Position numbers and translations under genes: made by a program. Positions 40,413-51,948 of a DNA stretch of 64,000 nt are shown one piece after another (position 1 is the stretch's first letter; every line of letters starts with the position of its first letter). The stretch spans positions 273,048,001 through 273,112,000 of the forward strand of contig OZ024740.1 in assembly GCA_964016885.1 (NCBI GenBank), written 5' to 3'. The notes under the pieces are model-generated. The model was not told the origin of the DNA. It did not search any database and saw only the letters and a program-made list of their open reading frames with translations. This DNA is from Eledone cirrhosa (lineage: Eukaryota).

Positions 40413-43400
40413 CTACAGGCGCATGATCAGAGTAGGCCCACTCACGCGGGCCATTCTCGCCACATTCACCCACCTTTCAGTAAATGTACTGGGGGGCAGC
40501 ACTTCTCTCTCCACCCTCACCTTCCTTTCCAAGTGAAACTTGAAGAAGTTGATGAGGGATTGGCCGAAGAGAAAAGTGTCTGTCTTCAGTCCTTTCAACC
40601 TGGTCCACCATGCAACCTCTTTCGCTACTGCCACCAGGCAGAGGAAAATTGCCTGCCTTTCCTGACCAAAAGAAGGCGGCGGGTCAATCTTCACTATGGA
40701 CTCGGACGATAGCCGGATCCGTTCTACACGCGACAATAGCTGTTCGACATAACCCCACAAGTCAGCAATGCACGGACACTGGACGAGTGCGTGCAGAACG
40801 GTTTCGTCGCTCTGCGCGCATCTCGGGCAGGTTCGTCTGACAGCACTTCCGTGCCTGTAGAGTTTATCCCGAACCGGCAGCGCCCCCCGGTAGCACTGCC
40901 AAGCGAGGGATTTCTGGAAGTTATCCATCGTCCCCGGCTCGAAAGTCCTCCGGAACATACTGGTCAGTTCTACTTCGTTGACGCCTAGAGCCTCTCCTAG
41001 TACGTCATCGTACTTGCCCTCCACTAATCCTCTATAGAAATCTTGAGTGGAAGTTCCACTGACCGCATTGCCCACCTTGCAGAGTGCAGTGAGCGCCTGG
41101 CAACATTCCAGATGCCAGTCGCCCAGTCTCGGTCTCTTCTTGACCCAGGACTGCAGTTCAGTCAAAGAGATGAGCTGCGGAAAGGCCCGTCTGACAAACG
41201 GCGACCACACCTGTTCATCGTTTAGGCAAAATATCTGGAGATGTCGCAGCCTCAGCGCATGTCTGCGCATCATTAGCCACGGCTTGCCCAGCCCTCCACG
41301 AAGAGGGTGCTGGCAGCAGATGGACCGCCTCACCAACGGGACCCGTCCCCTCCACAAAAATTTGAAAAGGAGCCGTTCCAAATTGGCGAGGCGTGGACGG
41401 GGGCAAGGCACGACGGTCAGGCGGTAGTAGATGACGGACGCGATGTACGCGTTCGCCACCTCCGCCCGCTCTTTCAGTGATAGCTTTCTCTCAGCCCATT
41501 TCTGGGTGAGGTTGACTATCCTGCTTGTCACCTCGTCCCAATTCTTATCCACCTGGAGGTCTGGTCCGAACCAAACCCCGAGCAACTTTACCGGTCCGTC
41601 TGTCCAGCGCCCCACGACGCTGTTGGACGGCATGGACTTGCCTCTCCAGGTGCCGAGCTGCAAGCCCACCGACTTTTCCAGGTTAAGTTTTGCTCCCGTC
41701 AACCTTTCATATTCCTCCAAATGGGTGCGGATCACCTCGATTTCCGAGGTGTCCGACACCATCACGGTGATGTCGTCCGCATAAGCGGACGCAGCCTTTC
41801 TACGTCCCGATTCGAGCGGGATGCCCTGCAACAACTCCAGCTTCCGCAGTAGAGGCTCAAGAGTCAATACGTACAGAAGTGAGGAGAGAGGGCACCCTTG
41901 ACGGACCGATCGAGAGATCTGAAACGGTTCCGAGAGGTGGCCATTAACTTTGACCACCGAGCAGATGCCGCTGTACATTGCAGCGATCCAGCTTCTGAAG
42001 ACGGGGCCGAAGCCAGCCGCCTCGAGGACAGCTTTCAAGTACCGATGGTCGACCCTATCGAATGCTTTCGATTGATCTAAATTGATCAGAGCCCCACTGA
42101 AGCCAGGTTTGCACCCAACCCTCTCTATGATGTATCACATGAGGTGGAGGTTGTCGTGTTTGGACCTGGTCGGGATTGCGCAAGTTTGCGCCTCCCCAAC
42201 CAAATCTTTGACGACAAGCGCCAACCTTTTCGCTAACACCTTGGTCAAAATCTTAAACTCTGTGTTGAGCAGGGTTATGGGCCTGAAATTATCTAGTGTG
42301 TCCCTCTTGTTCTCGTCTTTCCTTATCAGCGTCACTACGTCACGGCTCACAGAACTGGGAATGCTCCCGTTCTGCTGACAGTTGCAGTAGAGCGCTTCGA
42401 GGAGATCGGAGAACAAGTCTGGCATATTTACGTAAAGCTCGTAGGGCAGACCATCCAAACCGGGTGACTTGCGACTCGAGCAGCCGACAAGGGCGTCCTG
42501 AATTTCGACTGATGTTATCGGCTCTTCGCAGCGCTCAGCGTCGGCCGTCGAGAGGCGTGGCAAGCCGTCGAGGTAGGGACTGAAGTCCGCCGCCGTCTCC
42601 GACTCACCCATCCCCCCGAACAATCGAGCAAAGTGCTGGCGAAAGGCCTCACACATCTGCTTGGAATCGCTCAGTTCGTGTCCATCTCGATCCGTCAAAG
42701 ACCGAATTGTGGTTTTATTTCCACGCTGCGTCTCTGCAAAGCGAGCCCATCGGGCAGCTTTGGTTCCCTCGTTCCTCAGAGCACGCGCCTTAGCTCTGAC
42801 AATGCAACCTTCGTGTTTCGCATTGAAGAAATGGTCTAGTGCCATTCTCGCCGCTAGCACGTCTGTTGCAATGCCACTACAAATAGCCTCGTCTAACTTA
42901 GCTATCAGCCCCTCCTCCTTTCTATTTTTCTCTATTGCTACTTCTTTGCTAAATCCTATCGAGGTTGCTCCAATCTCTCTTTTGAGAGCCCCCCACCACC
43001 TGTTGTTGACAACCCCCCCTGTCAACTTTTGCTTAACTAAGTTGTTGACCCGGTCCCTGTAAGCTTTACGTGCCGGAAACGACATGTTTAGCTTCCAGTA
43101 GCTAGGTCCTAACCTACGTGTCTTATCTAGGTCGACCATACAGATCACAAGCTTGTGATCTGAATAGGCAACCGTTTTAAAATGTGGACATCCTACACTA
43201 TTTCTATCTCTTTTCCTAATGAAAATCCTATCTATGTACGATCTAGATGACCCTATGCGATTGGTCCAGGTCCATACTGGCGCATTAGGGAAATCTAGTC
43301 GGTACCTGTCAGACAGTTGAAACTGGCTGATCAGGTACTTGAGGCTTTTGCACCCCCCGCTCCTATCAGATACTCCCACACAATCCCAGCGTGCTTCTAA

Positions 43401-43832
43401 GATGCCATTCCAATCCCCTATTAACAGTAAAGGGCGAGACGTAAGCAGAAAGTTTTCCAGGCGCCTAAAGAAGTCCGGCCGACCGGCCCCAGTAGGGGCG
43501 TAGACGGCCACCAGTCTAAAGGCACCACCTTCGCCATTGCTCACGTCCAGGACCACCAACTTTCCGACAGGATCCCGGAAGATTGACCTTACCTCGAGAT
43601 CCAGACATTTCCTAAACAGCACAGCCACTCCACCTCCCATTCCCGGCCGACTAACAGATGCAAAGATCTGATAATCGTCGAAAATCGGCGCCAGTGCGCG
43701 TGTGTCGGAAATTCTGGTCTCGTTGATGGCAATTACATCCATTCCTAGTGACCTGAGGTCGTTGAGCAAGCGACCTTGCTTCCAGGGCGACCCCAGGCCA
43801 CGAACATTTAAACTTCCTACTCTTATGGCCAT
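40413..43832 (-). pseudogene. LINE ORF2 (APE-RT-CCHC, 1139 codons) with a single in-frame TGA at 42135-42137
   Basis: Track ORFs 42135..43832 and 40413..42038 are in the same frame; sister copies have CGA (LHLMR) at this codon. Confidence 0.95.
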
Positions 43833-43861
43833 GCTGGCAGGATGAATGGGAGAGGAAAGGT

Positions 43862-45771
43862 TTACTTACCTTCCGGGGTCTTGTGAAGGTCGGGTGGTTC
43901 GACCTCCATGGTTTGTGGGGTTTCTTTTGGGAACCCCTTTAATAGTCTTGAAGTGGGTTTTACGTTCGGGGTTCCCACATCCCGAGGAAAGCTCTTTCGA
44001 ATTTCTTTGTATGAAGCGAGCGACATTCGCATCAGAAGCAAATTATCTGGTACGCGAAATGTGCTCGCTTCAAATGTTTCCCCCTCTTTTTCGATGTTTG
44101 TGCTTCGTGCTACATGGGCCATCAATTCCTTGTTGGCCCTTCTGGCAAGCACGAAGTTTTTAATGTTTTGTTGCTCGGGTTTTATTTGTTCGTGTGATTG
44201 TGGTGGTGATAGCTTTGTTAGTGTTGTTTCTATTGTGTCTGCGTTTGTTGTGGGTGGGGTGTCTGTAGTTTCTGATGTTTGTGTGTCTATTTGTTCTTGT
44301 GTCTGTTTAGCTTGTTTGCGTTTGGGGGATTTTGGTGGTTGTGTTGGTGATGCTGTGGGGAAAATGTTTGTGTGGGTGGTGTGTGTATTTTTTTTTGTGG
44401 GGGTGTTTGTGCTTTGTGGATTTCTTTTTTTTTGTGTTTTGTTTTTTGTATTTTGGGGGACTTTGGTTTTCCCTCATCTTCACTGCTGGAGGATGAGGGG
44501 TCTGTGGCTGTGAGCGTGTTTGTGTCTGAGTGAGTGTTTATGTTCTTGTTCGTGTGTGTATTTTGGGGGGGAGGGGGAATGGGAGAGCTTTCCTCGTTTC
44601 CCCCCTGGGTGTGCAATTTTGGTGGTTCCATTGTTGACGGTGTTGCTGGTGGTCCTTGTCCCGGCGTCGCCAGCAGTGGAATCTTTCGACCCCTTGCGCT
44701 TTTCGGCAGTTGAGGGCAGAAGGCTCGCAAGTGTGTCGTTTCCCCACAAAGGAAACAATGTGGCCTTTTGCCCTCAGTCATTATATGCAACACCCTCCCG
44801 TTTTGGAGGCGGATGTGGTCCGGGATTGCTTTTACGTTTTCGGGTCTGATTTGGAGCAGTATCTCCAGATCAACCCCGGACCAGTCGTCCCTGGCAGTTC
44901 TCGTTGCCTCTACCGGGACTGTATCCGTTCCTTCCACGATTACGCAACCCAGGAGCCACCACATATCAAGTCCTGGTGGAATCCTGGGAATGCGCACACG
45001 TGCTATTCGTTTTCCCATGTGGGAGGGGTACATTATGACCTTGCTGGTTTTGCAAGGGGTCATTGAATGCTTCACAGCGAGGGCTTCAGACTTGAACAGC
45101 ACCGAAACGGTGCCGTATTGCCTGCCCCTCTCTATGAAGTCTGTGTCCTCTCTGATGTATTTCAGTGCGGCTTCTATATCAGCTTGGGCGATTATCGCTG
45201 CCCTCTTTGTCTCTACTGAGATGCATCTGAAATGCACCGTTCTTTTTTCCACTGCCTCAATGGCTTCTGCCGGGACAGTTAAGTTTGCCCAGGTCTGCTC
45301 TTGATTTATGATTTTCCAGGCCTGGGCCAACTTTTCCTCTCTGTTGGTTAAGTCGATGCTGTAGCATGGTCTCCTTTTAGCCGCTGCCACAGCAGCGAAG
45401 GTGTTCTTGTTGGTGTTGTCACTGTTGTTGTTTTTGTTGGTGTTGCTGCTGCTATTGCTGTTGTTGTTCTCCCCTGTGTCGTGGTTACCCTCTGTGCTGT
45501 TGGCCTTGTTGGTGCTGCTGCTGTCGCTACTATTACTCTCTGTGCTGTTCGTTTTGTTGGTGCTCTCGCTATTACCACCTTCTGCGCTGTTCGGCTTGTT
45601 GGTGTTGGTGTTGTCGCTGTTACCACCTTCCGCGCCGCTCGGCCCGTTGGTGCTGGCACTGTCGCTGCTCACACTCGTGCTGGTGGCGCTCCTCGCCCCA
45701 CCTCTCCTCTCAACGCTCAAGTCGCCGTTGCACGACAGCAGACTCGCCTCTAGGGGGCGTGGCTCCGCCAT
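43862..45771 (-). CDS. LINE ORF1 (gag-like, CCHC), with a net frameshift in the low-complexity linker
   Basis: TFAAVA, CFLCGETTHLRAFC; C-terminal YKEIRKSFPRDVG lies in another frame. Confidence 0.85.
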
Positions 45772-46002
45772 GTTTTTTTGAGAAAAAAATTATTATTTTT
45801 CCAAAATAAAGTTCAAATATTTGGGCCAAAAGGCCCAAATATTATGAGTTATTCCTTCACAGGATACAAATGAATGTCTTATAATGCTTCAGCGGTACAA
45901 AAAAATAAACAATTCTCTACAATTAATCCTCAAAAATTGCTTACTCACGGAGCTTCAAAAAACGTACATCCACTTTCGTCAATAATAATAATAATAATAA
46001 TA

Positions 46003-47721
46003 ATGGTGCCTCATTCTTGGATCACCAAATGCCTGGAGATCTTCGGGGTGGCAGATAACATCAGACAGTTGCTGGGCAGGAGTATGGGGTCCTGGGAGAC
46101 AGAGTTGACATCAACTGGAGTATCCTTGGGAAGCGTGAAGATCAAGAGAGGTATCTTCCAGGGAGATAGCCTGTCCCCTCTGCTGTTTGTCCTTGCCCTG
46201 ATGCCCTTGACCATTATGCTGCGAAAAGTGAGAGCAGGATACAAGTTGGGAAAGGGAGAGCTTACCATCAATCATCTCCTCTTCATGGACGATCTTAAGC
46301 TCTTCGGGAAAAGTGAGAAGGAGTTGGATGTGCTTGTTGACACTGTCCGTATTTTCAGCAGTGATATATGTATGCAATTTGGTATTAGTAAGTGTGGAGT
46401 CATTGTGATGAGGATGGGTAGGTTGAACAGAAGTAACGGGATCCAGATACCAACAGGTGAGATGATAAAGGAAATTGACTCTGAGGAAGGATACAAGTAT
46501 TTGGGCGTTCTGGAGGCTGATGGCATAAAGAACAAAAAAATGAAGGAATTGTTAAGAACTGAATACATTCGGAGAGTAAGGAGCGTGTTGAAGTCACATC
46601 TGAACAGCAGAAATGCCATAAGCGCAGTAAATTCCCGAGCTGTGTCTATTATTAGGTACAGTGCGGGAATTCTGAGATGGAATGTTGCTGAACAAAAAGA
46701 AATGGATAGGAAGACTAGGAAGCTATTGACTATCTACAACATGTTCCACAAGAGGAGTGATGTCGATAGACTCTACCTAAGGAGATCTGAGGGTGGAAGA
46801 GGTCTTATCAGCATAGAGGACTGTGTTCAGATGGAGAAAAACAACCTATACAAATACGTGACCTATAGTAAGGGGCCAATGCTCAGAACTGTACTGAAGG
46901 AGGGGACAGTAGGCCAGGGGATGTCCAAGGAGGAAATAACATCAAGGAGGAAGAGCAGCCTTAAGGGAAAATCCCTTCATAGTACCTTCTTTGAGAAAAC
47001 TGAATTTAGAGATCCACAGACATGGAACTGGTTGAGAAGAGGAGACCTCAAAAAGGCTACAGAAGGAATGCTAATGGCTGCGCAGGAGCAGGCCCTCAAA
47101 ACGAAGTGGTTGAAGCACCATATTTACAAGGAGGAGGCTAGCCCACTGTGCAGGATCTGTGGAGAGAGAGAGGAGACTGTGGCTCACATTGCGTCCGAGT
47201 GTAAACACCTAGCCCAGACCCACTATAAGGGCTGGAGACACGATGTGATGGGCAGGGTGATCCACTGGCACCTGTGCAAAGTAAACAATTTACCACATTC
47301 TGAGAAATGGTATGAGCATAGGCCAGAGGCGGTGATGGAGAACAATCAGGTGAAGGTGCTGTGGGATTTTAGGATACAGACGGACAAAAAACTGGAACAC
47401 AATAGACCTAACCTGGTGGTTGTGGACAAAGAAAAAAGATCGTGTCTGATTGTGGATGTGGCCTGCCCATTCGACACGAGAGTGCAAGAGAAGGAGAGGG
47501 AGAAAATTAACCGATACCAGGACCTAAAGTGGGAGGTGAAAAGGATTTGGAACTGCCATGAAGTCAAAGTGATCCCGATTGTCATAGGCGCACTGGGGAC
47601 TATCTCCAAAAGTTTCCAGGGATGGTTAAAGAAAATCGGCCCCTTCACGCTTTTTGGAACGCTTCAAAAGGCATGCTTGCTGGGAACAGCAAGAACCCTC
47701 CGATACGTCCTGAATATCTGA
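46003..47721 (+). CDS. Uninterrupted C-terminal part of RT plus CCHC plus restriction-like endonuclease
   Basis: GIFQGDSLSP, LFMDD, YKYLG, CRICGEREETVAHIASEC, RHD, RPN..IVDV..KEREK..RY. Confidence 0.92.
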   Translation: MVPHSWITKCLEIFGVADNIRQLLGRSMGSWETELTSTGVSLGSVKIKRGIFQGDSLSPLLFVLALMPLTIMLRKVRAGYKLGKGELTINHLLFMDDLKLFGKSEKELDVLVDTVRIFSSDICMQFGISKCGVIVMRMGRLNRSNGIQIPTGEMIKEIDSEEGYKYLGVLEADGIKNKKMKELLRTEYIRRVRSVLKSHLNSRNAISAVNSRAVSIIRYSAGILRWNVAEQKEMDRKTRKLLTIYNMFHKRSDVDRLYLRRSEGGRGLISIEDCVQMEKNNLYKYVTYSKGPMLRTVLKEGTVGQGMSKEEITSRRKSSLKGKSLHSTFFEKTEFRDPQTWNWLRRGDLKKATEGMLMAAQEQALKTKWLKHHIYKEEASPLCRICGEREETVAHIASECKHLAQTHYKGWRHDVMGRVIHWHLCKVNNLPHSEKWYEHRPEAVMENNQVKVLWDFRIQTDKKLEHNRPNLVVVDKEKRSCLIVDVACPFDTRVQEKEREKINRYQDLKWEVKRIWNCHEVKVIPIVIGALGTISKSFQGWLKKIGPFTLFGTLQKACLLGTARTLRYVLNI

Positions 47722-47795
47722 GGCTGCAGGTAGTGGCTTGATATTCATTCCAACGGACTTTCCAGTTAACCAACATCAATGACTGAGATTCAAGG
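46003..47795 (+). mobile_element. R4/Dong-clade LINE copy 1, 5'-truncated
   Basis: Begins inside the RT directly after (AAT)8; short 3' UTR followed by (AAC/AAT)n. Confidence 0.92.
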
Positions 47796-47804
47796 AATAA
47801 CAAC

Positions 47805-47840
<36 letters not shown>

Positions 47841-47843
<3 letters not shown>

Positions 47844-48337
47844 TTTAGCATCCAAACAGACCGAAAAATAGATGCAAATAGACCTGATATAATACTGAAG
47901 GACTTTAAAAAGAGGGTGTGCCTGCTAATTGATATGTCCGTTCCAATAGAAAAGAATGTATCTATAAAAACATTTGAAAAATTGAGCAAGTATAAGGACA
48001 TGGAGATATAAATTGGAAAAATGTGGAAATTGAGAACTAAAACAATACCAGTGGTTGTAGACGCTCTAGGAATGATATCTAAGGGCTCTAATGATTACTT
48101 ATCGCAAATCCAAGGAAACCCGCGTATAGGAGAAATACAAAAGATAGTACTAATGGGAACTGCCCATATACTAAGGAAGATTCTGTCAATATAAGTACAT
48201 CACAAGTCTAAACACCTAAAGATGCATGTGCGTGTATGTATGTTTTTTCTTGAACATGGCGGACCTTGTCTCTTGAGGTCATTGGTTGTGACCTGGTGAT
48301 AACTGGTATGAACATAAAGCAAGATAAATGCAACTCT
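47841..48337 (+). mobile_element. R4/Dong-clade LINE of a different family, heavily 5'-truncated (RLE only)
   Basis: Hand translation NFSIQTDRKIDANRPDIILKD..LLIDMSVP..EKLSKYKD..TIPVVV.ALG..LMGTAHILRKILSI*; (AAT)n on both sides. Confidence 0.88.
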
Positions 48338-48404
48338 AATAATAATTATAATAATAATATATATTTTTTAATGTTTTCATTTATTTATTTTTTTATTTAT
48401 TTAT

Positions 48405-51400
48405 GTTCGTCTACAGCGTGATGGTACCACGCTAAAATCACCGGTGGTTATGTAACCATACATTCACCAATCCTCGATATGAGTGTTTAAATGTCGAACC
48501 TAAACAGTTCGAATAACGGTGAAGAGGATACTGGAACGTCATGTGAAAGACTCTCCCCCAGCAAGTGCTCCCTGGCCCAGCAGCAGGGACCTGGCTGTCA
48601 TCCAAATACTGCTGGTGTTGGAGGAAGAAAAGAAGAAGGAAAGAGACAAGAACCAACTGGACGAAAGAATTGAATAGAACTGTCCTGGAATGTTACCTGA
48701 AGAGTAACCTCATGGAAAAAGGCTATAGGAAACGGATGCATAACATCTGGAACGAGATTGTTCTATTTAAGTTAGATGAACAAAAATTGGCCGGGCAGGG
48801 TCCGGTAATAAGAACTAATGGATGGATAAGCGAGTTTGAACTGGAGGAACTGAGCAGAGAGATTAAGTTGGAAATGGAGAATGGAGTATGTGAGGCAAAC
48901 GAGCCAGTGGGAAATGAAGGTGAAGAGGTTGAGAGACCTGAGGAAGCATCCGAAGCAGACAATGATCTGAATGCTGAAATAGATAACATCTGGAACAAAG
49001 ATACGGCCATTGAGTTAATGAATGCTGACGCGCTAGGATAAGATTTGGTTGATATCATGAACTTAGTGGTAGCTGAAATGAACAATGATAGTGGAAAACC
49101 TATGAACCTAAGATTTGTAGACAGGAAAAAGTTAAAAGAAACAACAGCTAAGGTAAACAAAGTCATCCCATACCTTGAGGCAAGGAGCCTTCACCAATGC
49201 AACAATATCCTCAAAGCAACAGCAAATGCGGCGAGGAAATTACTTGGCAGAAAAATGAGAGAAAACAACAAACAAGAAAGAACCTTGGTGGAAGAAACGA
49301 CTGAATGGGTAAATCAAGGAAATAAGAAAAGACATTGGAAAGCTTGAGTCCTTACTAAATGGGACATTACAAAACATAGACACTAAAGATAGATTGGAAA
49401 TAAAGTACAAAACCAGGGGGGAAAGCTAAATATTATCATAAACTGAAGTAACGCATTTTAGCAAAAAGTGCAAAGATTAGGCGGTATGTGAACAGAACCG
49501 CATGTTTGACAACAACCAGAAGATGTTGTTTGGACAGCTTGAAGGGAAAGAAAGAGGCAACGACTTGATCCCTGAGGCGGAACAGACTAAGACATTCTGG
49601 AGAGGAATATGGGAACTAGATGTTGAACATAATAGCCAGGCAGTGTGGATTGAGACAGTTCAAAAAGAGATTAGTGAAGAAGCACACCAACAACCTGATT
49701 TGAGTATCACAGTTGAAACTCTTAAAGGGCAGGCCAAAAAACTAACCAACTGGAAATCACCAGACCCAGATGGTGTGCAAGGGTATTGGATTACAAATAT
49801 AACATCTCTCCACCCGAAACTGACAACCATGTTCAATGACTGCTTGATGTCGCGTGAGGTACAAGAGTGGTTGAGAAAAGGTACCACAGTTCTGGTAATG
49901 AAAGACCGCATCAATGATAATGATGTTACCAACTATAGGCCTATCACATGTCTGTCCGTAATGTGGAAACTGTTAACAAGCATTGTGTCTGAGGAAATCT
50001 ACCATCACCTCCACATAAACAACTTGTTACCGGACGAACAGAAAGGATGCCGAATGAAGTCCCGTGGTACAAAAGACCAGTTACTTATTGATAAGTTGGT
50101 AATGAGGAATTGCAAGAGGAGGCACACTGGTCTTGCCATGAGATTGATAGATTACAAAAAAGGCATTCGACGTTGTACGTCATTCTTGGATAACCAAAAG
50201 CCTAGAGATCTTCAAGGTGGCAGATAACATCAGACAGTTGTTGAGCAAAAGTATGAAATCCTGGGAAACTGAGTTAACATCGGGTGGAGAATCCTTGGGA
50301 GGCGTGAAGATCAAGAGAGGTATCTTCCAGGGAGAGTCCCATCTGCTGTTTGTCCTTGCCCTGATATCCCTGACCGTTATATTGCGAAAATTGAGAACAG
50401 GATACAAGTTGGGAAAAGGAGAGCTTACCATCAATCACATCCTCTTCATGGACGATCTTAAACTGTTTGGGGTGAGTGAGAAGGAGTTGGATGTACTTGA
50501 CACTGTTCGTATTTACAGCAATGGTATATGTATACAATTTAGTATTAATAAATGTAGAGACCTAGATGAAGAGCAGAAACAACGGAATCCAGGTACCAAC
50601 AGGTGAGATGATAAAGGAAATTGACACTGAAGAGGGATACAAATATTTAGTTGTTCTGGAGGCTGATGACATCAAGAACAAAAAATGAAGGAATTGATAA
50701 GATCTGTGTACATAAGGAGAGTAAGTAGCGTATTAAAATCACATCTTAACAGTAGGAATGCCATAAGTGCAGTAAATTCCCGAGCTGTGTCTATTATTAG
50801 GTACAGTGCGGGAATTCTGAGATGGAATGTTGCTGAACAAAAAGAAATGGATAGGAAGACTAGGAAGCTATTGACTATCTACAACATGTTCCACAAGAGG
50901 AGTGATGTCGATAGACTCTACTTAAAGAGATCTGAAGGTGGAAGACGTCTTATCAGCATAGAGGACTGTGTTCAGATGGAGAAAAACAACCTGCACAAAT
51001 ACGTGACTGACAGTAGGGAGCAATGCTCAAAATTGTACTGAAGCAGAAAACAATAGACCAGGGAATGTCCAAGGAGGAAATAACGGGAAAGGAGGTAGAG
51101 CAACCTTCATGAAAAATCCCTTCATAATACCTTCTTTAGGAAAACTGAATTTAGAGATCCACAGACATGGAACTAGTTAAAAAGAGGAGACCTTAAAAAA
51201 GCTATAGAAGTAATGCTAATGGCTGCGCAAGAGCAGGCCCTCAAACGAAGTGGTTGAAACACCATATTTACAAGGAGGAGGCTAGCCCACTGTGCAGGAT
51301 CTGTGGAGAGAGAGAGGAGACTGTGGCTCACATTGTATCCGAGTGTAAACACCTAGCCCAGACTCACTATAAAGGCTGGAGACATGATGTGATGGGCAGG

Positions 51401-51921
51401 GTGATCCACTGGTACCTATGCAAAGTAAACAATTTACCACATTCTGATGAGCATAAGCCAGAGCCGGTGATAGAAAACGATCAGGTGAAGGTTATGTGGG
51501 ATTTTAGGATACAGACGGACAAGAAACTGGAACACAATAGACCTAACCTGGTGGTTTTGGACAAGGAAAAAAGATAGTGCCTGATTGTGGATGTGGCCTG
51601 CCAATTCGACACGAGAGTGCAAGAGAAGGAGAGGGAGAAAATTAACCGATACCAGGACTTAAAGTCGGAGTTAAAAAGGATTTGGAACTGCCATGAAATC
51701 AAGGTCGTCCCGATTGTCATAGGCGCACTAGGTACTATCTCAAGGAGTTTCCACGGATGGTGACAGAAGATTAGTCCAACCCCGCTTTTTGGAACACTTC
51801 AAAAGACATGCTTGCTGGGAACAGCAAGAACCCTCCGATACGTCCTGAATATCTGAGGTTGCAAGTAGCGGCTTGATATTCATTTCAACAAACTTTCCAG
51901 TTAAATAACATCAACTTAAAG
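48405..51921 (+). mobile_element. R4/Dong-clade LINE copy 3, near full length, decayed
   Basis: RTNWTKELN..CY, NWKSPDPDG, NYRPITCL, EQKGC, LFMDD, CCHC, RLE; same family as 46003-47795. Confidence 0.92.
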
Positions 51922-51948
51922 AATAACAACAATAATAATAATAATAAT

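Larger units (their letters stand above)
40162..45980 (-). mobile_element. Tx1/L1-group LINE copy 4, full length (5.8 kb), nearly intact
   Basis: ~210-nt 5' UTR, ORF1, ORF2, ~250-nt 3' UTR, (AAT)n on both sides. Confidence 0.96.

Noticed and set aside
42135-42137. In-frame TGA in Tx1 ORF2 as programmed readthrough
   Set aside because: Sister copies have CGA; simple CpG decay explains it.
43834-43869. 36-nt intron fusing ORF1 to ORF2
   Set aside because: The spliced product is out of frame and the acceptor AG is not conserved in the other copies.
45874-46002. N-terminal extension with poly-Ile on the 615-aa ORF, suggesting a chimeric gene
   Set aside because: It is chance read-through from the antisense Tx1 5' UTR and (AAT)8 into a 5'-truncated Dong RT.
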